From an uncultured Bifidobacteriaceae bacterium (GTDB lineage Bacteria > Actinomycetota > Actinomycetes > S36-B12), in NCBI GenBank assembly GCA_964626275.1, contig CAZVCZ010000004.1, positions 1-43,167 on the forward strand: a DNA stretch of 43,167 bases. The letters are read 5' to 3'. Positions 8,320-20,620 of the stretch are shown piece by piece (positions within the stretch are counted from its first letter, which is position 1; the number at the start of each line of letters is the position of its first letter). The notes under the pieces are model-generated. The model was given only the letters and a program-made list of their open reading frames with translations, searched no databases and was not told the DNA's origin. The position numbers were made by a program, and so were the translations under genes.

Positions 8320-9162
8320 GTGGGTTCGGTGCTGGACGACATCGTGGCGGGGGTCCGGGAGGACCTCGAGGACCGCATGAAGCAGCGCCCCCTAGACGAT
8401 GTGAAACAGCGTGCCGAACGCGTGCCCCAAGCGCGAGATGCCGAGGCCGTCCTGCGCACTCCCGGGGTGGGTGTGATCGCGGAAATCAAGCGGGCGAGTC
8501 CCAGCAAGGGAGCGCTGGCGTCGATCGACGATCCCGCCGAACTCGCTCGAGCCTATGAAGAAGGCGGAGCCCGCTGCATCAGCGTATTGACCGAGCAGCG
8601 ACGATTCTCCGGTTCTCTCGACGACCTGCGTGCCGTTCGCTGCGCGGTGGATATCCCGGTCCTGCGCAAGGACTTCATCGTGTCGAGCTATCAGATCTGG
8701 GAGGCGCGCGCCTGCGGTGCCGACCTCATCCTGTTGATCGTCGCCGCACTCGAACAGACCGCCCTGGTGAGTTTGGTGGAGCGCACCCGATCACTCGGCA
8801 TGACTCCGCTGGTGGAAGTGCATGACGCGGACGAGGTGGCTCGAGCAGTGGACGCGGGTGCGAGCGTGATCGGGGTCAACGCACGCAATCTGCGCACCCT
8901 GGAGGTCGACGCCACCACCTTCGCCGCGGTGGCACCGCGTATCCCCGACACCTGCGTGCGTATCGCCGAGTCCGGGATCACCGGTCCGCGGGATCTGATC
9001 AGCTATGCCGAGCAGGGTGCGGATGCCGTGCTGGTTGGGGAGAGCCTGGTAACCGGTGGGGATCCCCGGTCAGCCGTCCAGGAACTCGTCACGGCAGGTT
9101 CGCATCCTGCGTTGCGTCGAGATGGCCGTTCGCACACGACGGCGTCCTCGGAGGAGTCATGA
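8320..9162 (+). CDS. trpC: Indole-3-glycerol-phosphate synthase
   Basis: [14 protein letters not shown]-terminus, [26 protein letters not shown]. Start at in-frame GTG 8320; the 451-aa ORF extension upstream overlaps the DUF2752 gene. Confidence 0.9.
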   Translation: MGSVLDDIVAGVREDLEDRMKQRPLDDVKQRAERVPQARDAEAVLRTPGVGVIAEIKRASPSKGALASIDDPAELARAYEEGGARCISVLTEQRRFSGSLDDLRAVRCAVDIPVLRKDFIVSSYQIWEARACGADLILLIVAALEQTALVSLVERTRSLGMTPLVEVHDADEVARAVDAGASVIGVNARNLRTLEVDATTFAAVAPRIPDTCVRIAESGITGPRDLISYAEQGADAVLVGESLVTGGDPRSAVQELVTAGSHPALRRDGRSHTTASSEES

Positions 9163-10376
9163 CAGACGTCACGGAGGCAACGGGTGTGACGGCGGGTCAC
9201 TACGGCCCCTATGGCGGCCGCTTCGTTCCGGAGGCGCTGACCCATGCCCTTGACGAACTCGATGCCGCCTTTCGTGCCGCCATCATCGATCGTGCGTTCA
9301 ACGAACGCCTCGATGACCTTCAGCGCACCTACACGGGGCGACCGAGCCCGCTGACCGAAGCACGGCGATTCGCTGAGCACTGTGGCGGGGCGCGCATCTG
9401 GCTCAAGCGCGAGGACCTCAACCACACCGGCTCGCACAAGATCAACAACGTCCTGGGGCAGGCGCTGCTGACTCAACGCATGGGCAAGTCGCGGGTCATC
9501 GCCGAAACCGGTGCCGGTCAGCACGGTGTGGCGACGGCGACCGCGGCGGCCCTGCTCGATCTCGAATGCACCGTGTACATGGGCGAGGAGGACACCCGAC
9601 GCCAAGCGCTCAACGTTGCACGGATGCGCCTCCTCGGAGCCGAGGTCGTCGCGGTGACTGCCGGCAGCCGCACACTGAAGGACGCGATCAATGAAGCGAT
9701 GCGCGACTGGGTGAGCACCGTGGATCGCACCCACTACCTGCTCGGCACGGTCACGGGTCCCGCACCTTTTCCGGAGATCGTGCGCTACTTCCACTCCGTC
9801 ATCGGGACAGAAGCACGCGCGCAGATGCTGGACGCAACTGGCGGTGTGCCGGATGCCGTCGTCGCGTGTGTCGGTGGCGGATCGAATGCCATGGGGATCT
9901 TCTCGGCATTCCTCGACGACTCCGGTGTTCAGTTGCGTGGCTATGAGGCTGGAGGTGAAGGGATCGACTCCGGTCGGCATGCCGCTCGCTTCGCCATGGG
10001 AGCACCGGGTGTCCTGCACGGAGCGCGCACCTATGTCATGCAGGACGAGTGGGGCCAAACGGTTGCCTCTCATTCGATCAGCGCCGGACTCGACTACCCC
10101 GGAGTGGGTCCGGAGCACGCGTGGCTGCACGACACGGGGCGAGCGCAGTACGAGCCGGTGACCGACGACGAGGCCATGGCCGCCTTCGCGCTGCTCTCCC
10201 GCACGGAGGGGATCATCCCGGCAATCGAGACGGCACATGCGCTCGCCGGTGCGATGAGGCTTGGCCGCGAGCTTGGCCCCGGCGCCAACATCCTGATCAA
10301 CCTCTCCGGGCGTGGAGACAAGGACGTGGCGACAGCGGCGGAGTACTTCGGCATGACGGATGAGGGCACGCGATGA
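9159..10376 (+). CDS. trpB: Tryptophan synthase beta chain
   Basis: PLP-lysine motif [32 protein letters not shown] overlap with trpC. Confidence 0.95.
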   Translation: MTDVTEATGVTAGHYGPYGGRFVPEALTHALDELDAAFRAAIIDRAFNERLDDLQRTYTGRPSPLTEARRFAEHCGGARIWLKREDLNHTGSHKINNVLGQALLTQRMGKSRVIAETGAGQHGVATATAAALLDLECTVYMGEEDTRRQALNVARMRLLGAEVVAVTAGSRTLKDAINEAMRDWVSTVDRTHYLLGTVTGPAPFPEIVRYFHSVIGTEARAQMLDATGGVPDAVVACVGGGSNAMGIFSAFLDDSGVQLRGYEAGGEGIDSGRHAARFAMGAPGVLHGARTYVMQDEWGQTVASHSISAGLDYPGVGPEHAWLHDTGRAQYEPVTDDEAMAAFALLSRTEGIIPAIETAHALAGAMRLGRELGPGANILINLSGRGDKDVATAAEYFGMTDEGTR

Positions 10377-11242
10377 CGGGAGCGGCGTCAGTCCCGACCT
10401 CGACATCGAGCCCCACTTCGACAGTGAGCCGTGCGTCGCGGACGTCGCTGGCGGAGGTCTTCGATCGGACGCGCGCGGAGGGTCGTGCGGCACTGATCGG
10501 GTATCTGCCCGCGGGCTTCCCTGATCGGGCGACATCCATCCGACTGATTCAGGCGATGGTGGCGGCCGGTGTCGACATCGTCGAGGTGGGGTTGCCCTAC
10601 TCCGACCCGCTCATGGACGGCCCGGTGATCGCGGCCGCGGCGGAGACGGCGCTGGCGGCCGGCACCACGACCGATGATGTCCTGGCAGTCGTGGATGCTG
10701 TGGCGGACACGGGCGCGGCCACGCTGGTCATGTCCTACTGGAATCCCATTGAGCGATATGACCTGGCCAGGTTTGCCTCCGGGCTCGCTGCTGCCGGGGG
10801 ATGCGGGGTGATCACCCCGGATCTGACCCCGGAGGAAGCCGGGGGCTGGCGGTTGGTCACCGATGAGGAGGGGCTTGACCGGATCTTCCTCGTCGCTCCA
10901 TCCTCCACCCCCGAGCGCATCGCGACCGTCGTGGAGTCATGCTCGGGCTTCGTCTATGCCGCCTCCGTCATGGGCGTCACCGGTGCGCGTGATTCCATCG
11001 CCGGGGACGCGGAGGCGCTCGTGTCACGAGTCCGGGCGACGACCGACCTTCCGGTGTGCGTGGGGCTGGGGGTGTCCACGGGGGAGCAGGCCGCCCAGAT
11101 CGCCGGCTATGCCGATGGTGTGATCGTCGGCTCGGCCTTCATCAAGGCCATCCAGGCATCGGGAAGTCCAGAGGAGGCGATCGATGCTGTCGGCGCCCTT
11201 GCCGGGGAACTCGCCGACGGGGTGCGACGTCGCAGCAGGTGA
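10373..11242 (+). CDS. trpA: Tryptophan synthase alpha chain
   Basis: [42 protein letters not shown] overlap with trpB. Confidence 0.93.
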   Translation: MTGAASVPTSTSSPTSTVSRASRTSLAEVFDRTRAEGRAALIGYLPAGFPDRATSIRLIQAMVAAGVDIVEVGLPYSDPLMDGPVIAAAAETALAAGTTTDDVLAVVDAVADTGAATLVMSYWNPIERYDLARFASGLAAAGGCGVITPDLTPEEAGGWRLVTDEEGLDRIFLVAPSSTPERIATVVESCSGFVYAASVMGVTGARDSIAGDAEALVSRVRATTDLPVCVGLGVSTGEQAAQIAGYADGVIVGSAFIKAIQASGSPEEAIDAVGALAGELADGVRRRSR

Positions 11243-11326
11243 GACCAGGCTCTACGGTGTGTGGGGTTGACTTGCAGGGGGAGCGTCCCTGCGAGGCTCG
11301 ACGGAACGAGGGAGATTGGAAGCACG

Positions 11327-12139
11327 ATGGTGAAGAAGAGCGAGGAGAAGTCCACGCGGGAGAAGGCGGCGGCCGCACGAGCGGCGCAGCAAGCCTCGGA
11401 GAAGCGTCGCGAGCGGACGATCCGCATCATCGGTGCCATCGCGGTGGTCGTGGTGGTGGTCCTCATCATCGGTCTCGCCGTCATCGTGCCGCGACTGTCC
11501 GGGGATGACTCGGGCGGCGGTGGCCGAGATCTTCCTGACGTGAACCCGGCGGCCGCCCTGCCGACCGGAGTACTGGGTCCGGATGCTGAATTCGCCTACG
11601 CGGTGCCCTATGGAACCGGCGCGGACACCGCCCCCACCCTCGCGATCTGGGAGGACTTCCAGTGCCCGGCGTGTGCGGCACTCGAGGAGATCAACGGCCA
11701 GGGCATCAAGGATCTTGCCAACAGCGGGCAGGTGCAGTTGTTCTGGCGACCCACGACCTTCCTCGATCGCAACCTGGGCAACACGTCCTCGGCGGAGGCT
11801 GTGTCCGCCTGGGGCTGCGCGATCGATGCTGGCCGGACGGCCGAGTACGCCAACATCGTCTACGCCAATCAGCCCACCGAAGGGGCCGGATTCACCACCG
11901 CCCAGCTCATCGACTTCGGGCTGCAATCGGGCATTGGGGGCCCTGATTTCGAGACCTTCACCCAGTGCGTCGAGGATGGCACCTACCTCGGGTGGGCGGT
12001 GAACTCCACCGCGATCTTCTACGAGGACAACGTCCCGGGCACCCCGACCGGCTACCTCAATGGGCTGCCGCTCAACGGAGGGCAGTTGGCGGATCAGACT
12101 GAGTTGCAGCGACTGGTCGACGAGGCTTCGGCCAACTGA
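11327..12139 (+). CDS. Membrane-anchored DsbA-family thiol:disulfide oxidoreductase
   Basis: Lys/Glu-rich cytoplasmic tail, one TM helix, thioredoxin fold with CPAC active site (FQCPACAALEE). Start set at the ATG of MVKKSEEK; GTG 11261 is an alternative. Confidence 0.78.
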   Translation: MVKKSEEKSTREKAAAARAAQQASEKRRERTIRIIGAIAVVVVVVLIIGLAVIVPRLSGDDSGGGGRDLPDVNPAAALPTGVLGPDAEFAYAVPYGTGADTAPTLAIWEDFQCPACAALEEINGQGIKDLANSGQVQLFWRPTTFLDRNLGNTSSAEAVSAWGCAIDAGRTAEYANIVYANQPTEGAGFTTAQLIDFGLQSGIGGPDFETFTQCVEDGTYLGWAVNSTAIFYEDNVPGTPTGYLNGLPLNGGQLADQTELQRLVDEASAN

Positions 12140-12162
12140 CCTGACGGACGCTGACGAGGTCG

Positions 12163-13086
12163 ATGATGATCACGATGACCGATCTCGGTGGCCTATGGGC
12201 TTTCATCCCGAGCCCGGCACGATCGGAATGGAGCCTTGGCCCCATTCCGTTGCGCGCCTACGCGCTGCTCATCGTCGCCGGAATCGTCGTCGCGATCTGG
12301 GTGGGCTCGAAGCGTTATGTGGCGCGAGGCGGGCGCCCCGGGACGATCGGCGACATTGCGATCTGGGCGGTGCCCTTCGGGATCATCGGTGGTCGCCTCT
12401 ACCACGTCATCAGCGACTGGCAGATCTACTTCGGTGAGGATGGCCGAGGTTGGATCGCGGCGCTGCGCCTATGGGACGGCGGGCTCGGGATCTGGGGTGC
12501 CATCGCCCTCGGTGGAGTGGGAGCGTGGATCGGCGCAAGGCGCGCCGGGGTGGCCCTTCCGCCCGTCGCCGATGCGATCGCGCCAGGCATCGCGCTCGCC
12601 CAGGCGATCGGCCGCTGGGGCAACTACTTCAACCAGGAGCTCTTCGGCGCCCCCACCGACCTGCCCTGGGGGCTGATCATCGACCCGGCCAACCGGCCGG
12701 CGGGGTACGAGGCCTTCGAGACCTTCCACCCGACCTTCCTCTACGAATCGGTCTGGATGCTCGCGGTCGCCGGGGTGCTGGTCTGGGCGGATCGACGCTT
12801 CCGCATGGGTCACGGCCGGGTGTTCGCCCTCTACGTCCTGCTCTACACGGCGGGCCGAATCTGGATCGAGGCCCTGCGCATCGACACGGCCAACACGATC
12901 CTCGGCCTGCGACTGAACATCTGGACCTCCCTCCTCGTGGGTCTGGGTGCCCTGGCCTACCTCATCATCTCGGCCCGTCAGCGACCCGGGCGCGAGGTGA
13001 TCGAGTCCGCTGGCGAGGAGGAGTCGGGGGAGGACCCCTCTGCTAATCTGGGGGACCCCAGCGGGCCAACGACGTCCCGTCCTTGA
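12163..13086 (+). CDS. lgt: Prolipoprotein diacylglyceryl transferase
   Basis: Polytopic membrane protein with GGRLYHV, WDGGLGIWGA and the signature GRWGNYFNQELFG. Confidence 0.92.
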   Translation: MMITMTDLGGLWAFIPSPARSEWSLGPIPLRAYALLIVAGIVVAIWVGSKRYVARGGRPGTIGDIAIWAVPFGIIGGRLYHVISDWQIYFGEDGRGWIAALRLWDGGLGIWGAIALGGVGAWIGARRAGVALPPVADAIAPGIALAQAIGRWGNYFNQELFGAPTDLPWGLIIDPANRPAGYEAFETFHPTFLYESVWMLAVAGVLVWADRRFRMGHGRVFALYVLLYTAGRIWIEALRIDTANTILGLRLNIWTSLLVGLGALAYLIISARQRPGREVIESAGEEESGEDPSANLGDPSGPTTSRP

Positions 13087-13110
13087 CGGTTCACGGATCC
13101 TCGTGAACCG
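13087..13110. repeat. Perfect 9-bp inverted repeat with 6-nt spacer (CGGTTCACG-GATCCT-CGTGAACCG)
   Basis: Read directly. It begins 1 nt after the lgt stop (13084-13086) and ends 9 nt before the gltB ATG (13120). No U-tract follows it. Confidence 0.8.
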
Positions 13111-13119
13111 CGACGAGCG

Positions 13120-16100
13120 ATGAGCGAGGTTCCCATGGTCGTGCCCCTGTCTGCGCGATTCTCGGATATTCCCCCGGCGCAGGGCCTGTACGACCCCGAC
13201 GCCGAGCGGGATGCGTGCGGTGTGGCGTTCGTCGCCACCCTCAGCGGGGTTCCCTCCCACGAGATCGTCGAATCCGCCCTCACGGCGCTGCGCAACCTCG
13301 ACCATCGCGGTGCCTCCGGGGCGGAACCGGACTCCGGTGATGGCGCGGGGATCCTCGTCCAGATGCCTGATTCCTTCCTACGTCGGATCCTGCCCTTCTC
13401 CCTGCCCGTTGCCGGGCACTACGCCATGGGCATGGCATTCCTCCCCCCGCAGGAAGCGGAGGCGGTCGCGGCTCGCGCCCTGATCGAGGGCATCGTGGCG
13501 GAGGAGGGCCTGGTCACTCTGGGCTGGCGCGATGTGCCGATCGACGACTCATCCCTTGGATCCACGGCGCGTGGTGTGATGCCGCTGTTCTCGCAACTGT
13601 TCATCGCAGCCCCCGACGAGAGCCTGGCCGGAATCGAACTCGACCGGATCGCTTTCGTCATCCGAAAGCGGGTGGAACACGCGACCGATGCCTACTTCCC
13701 CTCACTGTCGGCGCGCACCACGGTCTACAAGGGCATGCTGACCACCAACCAGCTCTCGGACTTCTTCCCCGATCTCACCGAACCCGACTTCGCCTCCGCA
13801 CTGGGCCTGGTCCATTCGAGGTTCTCCACCAACACCTTCCCATCCTGGCCCTTGGCCCATCCCTATCGGCTCATCGCGCACAACGGCGAGATCAACACCG
13901 TCAAGGGGAATCGCAACTGGATGCGGGCGCGGGAGGCGATGCTCGAGAGCGACCTCATCCCAGGAGACCTCGACCGGATCTTCCCCGTCTGCACTCCGGG
14001 TGCGAGCGATTCGGCCTCCTTCGACGAGTGCCTCGAATTGCTTCATCTTGGCGGCCGCAGCCTGCCCCACGCGGTGCTCATGATGATCCCCGAGGCGTGG
14101 GAGAACCACGAGGAGATGGATCCGGCGCGCCGTGCCTTCTATCAATTCCATGCCACGTTCATGGAGGCCTGGGATGGTCCCGCGGACGTCTGCTTCACCG
14201 ATGGCACCCTCATCGGGGCTGTTCTCGACCGCAACGGTCTGCGCCCCGGCCGGTTCTGGGTGACCGATGACGGCCTCGTGGTACTCGCATCCGAAGCGGG
14301 TGTCCTCGACCTCGATCCGTCGACGATCGTCCGCAAGGGCCGACTTCAACCGGGCCGCATGTTCCTCGTCGACACCGGATCGCATCGGATCATCGAGGAT
14401 GACGAGATCAAGGCGGAACTCGCGGCCGAGGAACCCTACGAGGAGTACCTGCACGCAGGACTGATCCACCTCGACGACCTGCCTGAACGCGAACACATCG
14501 TGCACACCCATGAGTCGGTGCTGCGTCGCCAGCAGACGTTCGGCTACACCGAGGAGGAACTGCGGATCCTGCTGACGCCGATGGCACGCACCGGGGCGGA
14601 AGCCATCGGCTCGATGGGCACGGACACGCCCGTGGCTGCGCTCTCGACGCGTCCGAGACTCCTGTTCGACTACTTCCAGCAGCTGTTCGCCCAGGTGACC
14701 AATCCGCCCCTCGATGCGATTCGTGAAGAGATCGTCACCTCGTTGTCGAACACCATCGGACCGGAGGGGAATCTGCTCAGTTCCACTCCTGCCCACTGTC
14801 GGCAGGTCGTACTGCCCTTCCCGGTCATCGATAACGACGAACTCGCCAAGATCCTGCACATCAATGCCGATGGTGACCTGCCGGGATTCGCTGCGGCGAA
14901 GGTGTCGGGTCTGTATGCCGTCGATGGAGGCGGGGACGCCCTGCGGGACCGCATCGAGGAGATCTTCGATGAGGTCGACCGTCTCATCGACGACGGTACC
15001 CGTTTCATCGTGCTGTCCGATCGGGACAGCAACGCAGACCTAGCCCCCATCCCGTCGTTGCTGCTGTGTTCGGCCGTTCACCACCATCTCGTGCGTCGCA
15101 AGACCCGCACCCAGGTCGGTCTGATCATCGAGGCGGGTGATGTGAGAGAGGTGCACCATGTCGCGCTGTTGATCGGCTTCGGTGCAGCGGCGATCAACCC
15201 CTATCTCGCCATGGAGGCCATCGAGGACCTCGTCGCGAGGGGTGCCATCACCGACGTCACGCCGGAGAAGGCGGTGCGCAATCTGGTGAAGGCCCTGGGC
15301 AAGGGTGTGCTCAAGGTGATGTCGAAGATGGGTGTCTCGACGGTGGGCTCCTACTGCGGTGCCCAAATCTTCGAGGCGGTGGGGCTCTCCCACGATCTCG
15401 TCGAGCGTTACTTCACCGGGACCACCTCGCGGCTCGGGGGCATCGGCCTTGACGTCATCGCCGATGAGGTGGCGGCGCGACACCGCAGTGCCTACCCCGC
15501 GTCAGGTATTTCACCGGCGCACCGCCGCCTCGAGGTCGGTGGCGAGTACCAGTGGCGCCGAGAGGGTGAACCGCACCTGTTCGATCCGGAGACGGTGTTC
15601 CGCCTGCAGCATGCGACACGCAGCAAGCAGTACGACATCTTCCGCGAGTACACCGACGCCGTCGATGACCAGTCCGAACACCTGATGACGCTGCGTGGCT
15701 TGTTCTCACTGCGCGAGGGTGAGCGGGAGCCGGTCCCGATCGATGAGGTCGAGCCGGTGAGCGAGATCGTCAAGCGATTCGCGACGGGGGCGATGTCCTA
15801 TGGGTCGATCTCCGCAGAGGCGCACGAAACCCTGGCGATCGCGATGAACCGGCTCGGAGGAAAGTCGAACACCGGTGAAGGCGGCGAGGACGCCATTCGC
15901 TTCGAGGTGATGCCTAACGGCGACACCAAGCGTTCGGCGATCAAGCAGGTGGCCTCGGGGCGCTTCGGGGTCACCAGCGAATACCTCGTGAACAGCGACG
16001 ACATCCAGATCAAGATGGCCCAGGGGGCAAAGCCGGGCGAAGGCGGCCAGTTGCCCGGACACAAGGTGTATCCCTGGATCGCGAAGACCCGCCACTCGAC

Positions 16101-17685
16101 ACCCGGGGTGGGCCTGATCTCTCCGCCGCCCCACCACGACATCTACTCGATCGAGGATTTGGCCCAGTTGATCCATGACCTGAAGAACGCCAACCCCAAG
16201 GCGCGAGTGCACGTCAAGCTCGTGTCGGAGGTCGGAGTCGGCACGGTCGCGGCAGGTGTGTCGAAGGCTCACGCCGATGTCGTCTTGATCTCTGGCCACG
16301 ACGGTGGGACGGGCGCTTCCCCGCTGACGTCGTTGAAGCATGCGGGCACGCCCTGGGAACTGGGCCTCGCCGAAACCCAGCAGACACTGCTGCTCAACGG
16401 ACTGCGCGACCGCATCGTGGTCCAGGTTGACGGCCAGTTGAAGACGGGGCGGGATGTCGTGATCGCCGCTCTGCTGGGCGCGGAGGAATTCGGGTTCTCG
16501 ACCGCACCCCTGGTCGTCATGGGTTGCATCATGATGCGGGTGTGTCACCTCGACACCTGCCCGGTCGGAGTCGCGACGCAGAATCCGGTTCTGCGAGAGC
16601 GCTTCTCCGGCCAGCCCGAATTCGTCGTCACCTTCTTCGAGTTCATCGCTGAGCAGGTTCGCGAATATCTCGCGGCTCTCGGTTTCCGATCACTCGACGA
16701 GGCCATCGGCCACGCTGAACTCATTGATGTCGACCGGGCCGTTGAGCACTTCAAGGCGCGAGGGCTCGATCTCTCGCCGGTGCTGTACGTCCCCGCCATC
16801 GAGGAGGGTGTGGCGCGCCGGCGCGTGACGGAGCAGGATCATGGCCTCGACAAGGCGCTGGACAATGAACTCATCGCGATGTGCGCTCCTGCACTCGAGC
16901 GCGGTGAACCGGTGCGGATCCAGGTGGGGATCAGAAACGTGAACCGAACCGTGGGGACCATGCTCGGATCCGCGGTGACGCGAATCTACGGTGGCGAGGG
17001 ATTGCCCGAGGACACCATCGACATCACCTTCACCGGTTCGGCGGGCCAGTCCTTCGGTGCTTTCGTTCCCCGGGGTATCACGATGCGCCTCGAGGGGGAC
17101 GCGAACGACTATGTCGGCAAGGGGCTGTCGGGTGGGCGCCTCATCGTGCGACCCGATCGAAGTGCGACGTTCGCGGCCGAGGATCACATCATCGCCGGCA
17201 ACGTCATCTGCTACGGGGCGACCTCCGGCGAGGTGTACCTGCGCGGTCGAGTCGGCGAACGCTTCTGCGTGCGAAATTCCGGGGTCAGTGCCGTGGTGGA
17301 AGGTATTGGTGATCACGGGTGCGAGTACATGACCGGAGGCCGGGTTCTGGTGATCGGGCCCATCGGGCGCAATTTCGCCGCAGGGATGTCCGGCGGTGTG
17401 GCCTATCTTCTCGACGCGGCGACCCATCGGATCAATCCGGAGATGGTGGACATCGAGACCCTCGATGATGACGACGTTGAGCAGGTTCTCGACATGCTCC
17501 GTCGCCATGCGGAGGAAACCGGATCGACGATTGCCGCAGGCCTGCTGGCAGATCCGGAGACGATTCGAGAGCGGTTCACCAAGGTGATGCCGCGTGATTA
17601 TCGCCGTGCCCTCGAGGCGCTGCGCCGTGCCGAGGCAGAGGGACTCGACCCTGCCGTTGCCGTGATGGAGGCTGCTCGTGGCTGA
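13120..17685 (+). CDS. gltB: Glutamate synthase large subunit
   Basis: 1521 aa. Ntn-amidotransferase Cys ([10 protein letters not shown]), FMN/Fe-S domain ([10 protein letters not shown]), C-terminal GXGXG beta-helix domain. An alternative in-frame ATG at 13135 has a better SD (GAGG). Confidence 0.96.
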   Translation: MSEVPMVVPLSARFSDIPPAQGLYDPDAERDACGVAFVATLSGVPSHEIVESALTALRNLDHRGASGAEPDSGDGAGILVQMPDSFLRRILPFSLPVAGHYAMGMAFLPPQEAEAVAARALIEGIVAEEGLVTLGWRDVPIDDSSLGSTARGVMPLFSQLFIAAPDESLAGIELDRIAFVIRKRVEHATDAYFPSLSARTTVYKGMLTTNQLSDFFPDLTEPDFASALGLVHSRFSTNTFPSWPLAHPYRLIAHNGEINTVKGNRNWMRAREAMLESDLIPGDLDRIFPVCTPGASDSASFDECLELLHLGGRSLPHAVLMMIPEAWENHEEMDPARRAFYQFHATFMEAWDGPADVCFTDGTLIGAVLDRNGLRPGRFWVTDDGLVVLASEAGVLDLDPSTIVRKGRLQPGRMFLVDTGSHRIIEDDEIKAELAAEEPYEEYLHAGLIHLDDLPEREHIVHTHESVLRRQQTFGYTEEELRILLTPMARTGAEAIGSMGTDTPVAALSTRPRLLFDYFQQLFAQVTNPPLDAIREEIVTSLSNTIGPEGNLLSSTPAHCRQVVLPFPVIDNDELAKILHINADGDLPGFAAAKVSGLYAVDGGGDALRDRIEEIFDEVDRLIDDGTRFIVLSDRDSNADLAPIPSLLLCSAVHHHLVRRKTRTQVGLIIEAGDVREVHHVALLIGFGAAAINPYLAMEAIEDLVARGAITDVTPEKAVRNLVKALGKGVLKVMSKMGVSTVGSYCGAQIFEAVGLSHDLVERYFTGTTSRLGGIGLDVIADEVAARHRSAYPASGISPAHRRLEVGGEYQWRREGEPHLFDPETVFRLQHATRSKQYDIFREYTDAVDDQSEHLMTLRGLFSLREGEREPVPIDEVEPVSEIVKRFATGAMSYGSISAEAHETLAIAMNRLGGKSNTGEGGEDAIRFEVMPNGDTKRSAIKQVASGRFGVTSEYLVNSDDIQIKMAQGAKPGEGGQLPGHKVYPWIAKTRHSTPGVGLISPPPHHDIYSIEDLAQLIHDLKNANPKARVHVKLVSEVGVGTVAAGVSKAHADVVLISGHDGGTGASPLTSLKHAGTPWELGLAETQQTLLLNGLRDRIVVQVDGQLKTGRDVVIAALLGAEEFGFSTAPLVVMGCIMMRVCHLDTCPVGVATQNPVLRERFSGQPEFVVTFFEFIAEQVREYLAALGFRSLDEAIGHAELIDVDRAVEHFKARGLDLSPVLYVPAIEEGVARRRVTEQDHGLDKALDNELIAMCAPALERGEPVRIQVGIRNVNRTVGTMLGSAVTRIYGGEGLPEDTIDITFTGSAGQSFGAFVPRGITMRLEGDANDYVGKGLSGGRLIVRPDRSATFAAEDHIIAGNVICYGATSGEVYLRGRVGERFCVRNSGVSAVVEGIGDHGCEYMTGGRVLVIGPIGRNFAAGMSGGVAYLLDAATHRINPEMVDIETLDDDDVEQVLDMLRRHAEETGSTIAAGLLADPETIRERFTKVMPRDYRRALEALRRAEAEGLDPAVAVMEAARG

Positions 17686-19129
17686 CCCGCGTGGATTCCT
17701 CAACGCCGATCGGGAACTCCCGACACGGCGGCCCGTCGACGTTCGCATCCGCGACTGGCGCGAGGTGTACGACGAGATGGCCGATGATCGGCTGCGCACC
17801 CAGGCCGGCCGATGCATGGACTGTGGCATCCCGTTCTGCCACAACGGCTGCCCGCTCGGCAACCTCATCCCCGAGTGGAACGACCTGGTGTGGCGCGATG
17901 ACTGGGAGGGCGCCATCGAGCGCCTGCACGCGACCAACAACTTCCCGGAGTTCACCGGTCGGCTGTGCCCGGCACCCTGTGAAACCGCATGCGTGCTGGG
18001 GATCAACCAGAACCCGGTGACGATCAAGCAGGTCGAAGTCTCGATCATCGATCGCGCGTGGGACTCGGGCTGGGTGACCCCGCAGCCGCCCGAGCGGCTG
18101 TCTGAGAAGTCAGTGGCAGTGGTCGGATCCGGACCTGCAGGTCTGGCTGCTGCCCAGCAGCTCGCCCGCGCAGGGCACACGGTGGTCGTCTACGAACGTG
18201 CGGATCGGATCGGCGGACTGCTCCGCTACGGCATTCCCGAGTTCAAGATGGAGAAGCGACATCTCGATCGCCGGCTCAAGCAGTTGGCCGCCGAGGGAGT
18301 GCGCTTCCGGACGGGAATCGAGGTGGGCGTCGATATCACCGTGTCAGCTCTGCGGAAGCGCTACGACGCCGTGGTGCTGGCCGTGGGTGCGACTCAGTGG
18401 CGCGATCTTCCTGTCCCGGGCCGGGAGCTCGAGGGGATCTACCAGGCCATGGAGTACCTGCCGGGTGCGAATCGGGTGCAGGAGGGTGATCTCGAATCGG
18501 CTCCGATCGACGTGCGGGACGCGCACGTCGTCATCATCGGCGGGGGCGACACCGGGGCCGATTGTCTGGGCACCGCCCACCGTCAGCAGGCACGGTCGGT
18601 GACGCAACTGGAGATCATGCCGACGCCACCCGAACTGCGGCCGGGCACACAGCCGTGGCCCACCTATCCGATGGTGTTCCGCACGTCTAGCGCCCATGAA
18701 GAGGGCGGGGAGCGGATCTTCGCCGTGTCGACCCAGGAATTCCTGGGCCAGGACGGTCGAGTTCGAGCCTTGCGCATCGTGGATGCCGAGATGCGCGATG
18801 GTCGATTCGAACCGGTCGAGGGGAGCGAGCGAGAACTGCCGGCTGATTACGTCTTCCTCGCGATGGGCTTCACCGGACCAGAACCGTCACCACTGCTCGA
18901 GCAGTTCTCCCTTGAGATGGACGAGCGCGGAGCCATCCGCCGCGATGCCGACTACGCGACGAATCTTCCCGGCGTCTTCGTTGCCGGTGATGCCGGGCGC
19001 GGACAGTCGCTCATCGTGTGGGCCATCGCCGAGGGCCGAGCGGCCGCTGCATCTGTCGATCGCTATCTCAGCGGGGAGACCAATCTGCCCTTCCCGATCC
19101 CCGCCACTGCACGACCCCTGACGGTGTAG
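17678..19129 (+). CDS. gltD: Glutamate synthase small subunit (NADPH)
   Basis: Fe-S cysteines [14 protein letters not shown], dinucleotide motifs [12 protein letters not shown] and [11 protein letters not shown]. 8-nt overlap with gltB. Confidence 0.95.
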   Translation: MADPRGFLNADRELPTRRPVDVRIRDWREVYDEMADDRLRTQAGRCMDCGIPFCHNGCPLGNLIPEWNDLVWRDDWEGAIERLHATNNFPEFTGRLCPAPCETACVLGINQNPVTIKQVEVSIIDRAWDSGWVTPQPPERLSEKSVAVVGSGPAGLAAAQQLARAGHTVVVYERADRIGGLLRYGIPEFKMEKRHLDRRLKQLAAEGVRFRTGIEVGVDITVSALRKRYDAVVLAVGATQWRDLPVPGRELEGIYQAMEYLPGANRVQEGDLESAPIDVRDAHVVIIGGGDTGADCLGTAHRQQARSVTQLEIMPTPPELRPGTQPWPTYPMVFRTSSAHEEGGERIFAVSTQEFLGQDGRVRALRIVDAEMRDGRFEPVEGSERELPADYVFLAMGFTGPEPSPLLEQFSLEMDERGAIRRDADYATNLPGVFVAGDAGRGQSLIVWAIAEGRAAAASVDRYLSGETNLPFPIPATARPLTV

Positions 19130-19135
19130 TTATCG

Positions 19136-20581
19136 ATGGAGGAGTCAACACGCCGCGCGAAGATCGTGGCGACACTAGGACCGGCCTGTTCGAGTTACGA
19201 AGAGATCCGAGAACTCATTCTCGCGGGCCTCGACGTGGCCCGGCTGAACCTGTCGCATGGATCCCATGACGACCACGCAACTGCCTACGCGAACGTTCGG
19301 CGAGCCAGTGATGAGGTCGGCCGTGGAGTAGGCGTGCTCATCGATCTCCAAGGCCCGAAGATCCGGCTCGGAACCTTCGCGGAGGGATCGGTGCTGCTGC
19401 GCGACGGAGCCAGTTTCATCATCACCACCCGGGATGTTCCCGGCGATGAAGCACGTGCTTCCACGACGTACGCGGGGTTGCCCGGTGATGTCGCCCCTGG
19501 CGACCTGGTCCTGATCGATGATGGCCGAGTCTCACTGGAGGTGACGGCGGTCGACCGTGACGAGGTCACCACCGTCGTGCGCGAGGGTGGTCGAGTCTCC
19601 GATCACAAGGGAATCAATCTCCCCGGCGTAGGGGTGAGCGTCCCGGCCATGTCCGACAAGGACATCGAGGATCTGCGCTGGGGTCTCCGTCTCGGTGCTG
19701 ACATGGTCGCGCTGTCCTTCGTGCGCTCAGCTGCCGATGTCGAAGACGTGCACCGGATCATGGACGAGGTCGGCTACCGGATTCCGGTCCTGGCCAAGGT
19801 GGAGAAGCCGCAGGCGATCGAGGATCTCGACCAGATCGTCGCTGCCTTCGACGGAGTGATGGTGGCTCGCGGAGACTTGGGGGTGGAACTGCCTCTCGAA
19901 GCGGTGCCACTCGTCCAGAAGCGGGCTATCTCACTGTGTCGCGCGGCGGCGAAGCCGGTCATCGTGGCGACCCAGATGCTGGATTCGATGATCACGGCGA
20001 CTCGGCCGACTCGCGCTGAGGCGAGCGACGTGGCGAACGCGGTCCTCGATGGTGCCGATGCCCTGATGCTGTCCGGCGAGACGAGCGTCGGCTCCCATCC
20101 GGCCCATGTGGTCGCGACGATGGCGCGCATCATCCAACACGTCGAGGGCGAAGCGCTCGACAGGCTCGCGGCCTTCCCCGGGGATCCGCCCGGCTCGACC
20201 GCGAAGGCGCTCACGAGGGCGGCGGTCGATGTCGCGGCATCTGTCGGAGCGACCAATCTCATCGCCTTCACCGAGACCGGACTGTCGGCCCGACTGATCG
20301 CCCGATGGCGATCGGCGACTCCGCTCCTTGCCTTCACACCAGATCCGCGCGTGCGCAGCCAACTGGCATTGACCTGGGGAGTGGAGACCTTCTTGGTTCC
20401 GCCGGCCCGCCACACCGACGACATGGTGGAGCAGGTCGACCGTGCCCTGCTCGAGATCGGTCGTGCGACGGTGGGGGAGCGCGTCGTGATCGTGGCCGGG
20501 GTGCCACCGGGGCGACCGGGAACGACGAACGGGATGCGGGTGCACCGCATCGGCCGGTCCGGTCCTGGATCTGGTGTCTGA
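19136..20581 (+). CDS. pyk: Pyruvate kinase
   Basis: RRAKIVATLGPA, MVARGDLGVE, ATQMLDSM, LSGETS motifs. 481 aa. Confidence 0.95.
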   Translation: MEESTRRAKIVATLGPACSSYEEIRELILAGLDVARLNLSHGSHDDHATAYANVRRASDEVGRGVGVLIDLQGPKIRLGTFAEGSVLLRDGASFIITTRDVPGDEARASTTYAGLPGDVAPGDLVLIDDGRVSLEVTAVDRDEVTTVVREGGRVSDHKGINLPGVGVSVPAMSDKDIEDLRWGLRLGADMVALSFVRSAADVEDVHRIMDEVGYRIPVLAKVEKPQAIEDLDQIVAAFDGVMVARGDLGVELPLEAVPLVQKRAISLCRAAAKPVIVATQMLDSMITATRPTRAEASDVANAVLDGADALMLSGETSVGSHPAHVVATMARIIQHVEGEALDRLAAFPGDPPGSTAKALTRAAVDVAASVGATNLIAFTETGLSARLIARWRSATPLLAFTPDPRVRSQLALTWGVETFLVPPARHTDDMVEQVDRALLEIGRATVGERVVIVAGVPPGRPGTTNGMRVHRIGRSGPGSGV

Positions 20582-20620
20582 GGGACCCGAGGGAGTGAAA
20601 GGAATCACAAGAGCAGACGG

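Noticed and set aside
11274-11292. Hairpin GCAGGG-7nt-CCCTGC after trpA as a possible terminator, and a TTGACT -35-like hexamer at 11267-11272.
   Set aside because: No U-tract follows the stem, and no matching -10 sits at the right spacing. The region may also be coding if the DsbA-like gene starts at GTG 11261. The evidence is too weak to call.
16690-18180. Long antisense ORFs opposite well-supported genes. Examples: 496 aa at 16690-18180 opposite gltB/gltD, 510 aa at 9003-10535 opposite trpB, 491 aa at 40992-42467 opposite rpe/ribD, 404 aa at 19931-21145 opposite pyk, and 324 aa at 8-982 opposite gpsA.
   Set aside because: The translations are Arg/Pro/Gly/Ser-rich low-complexity strings with no recognisable motifs. 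Each one fully overlaps a gene with clear family signatures. Long stop-free antisense frames are expected in GC-rich DNA. There is no positive evidence that they code.
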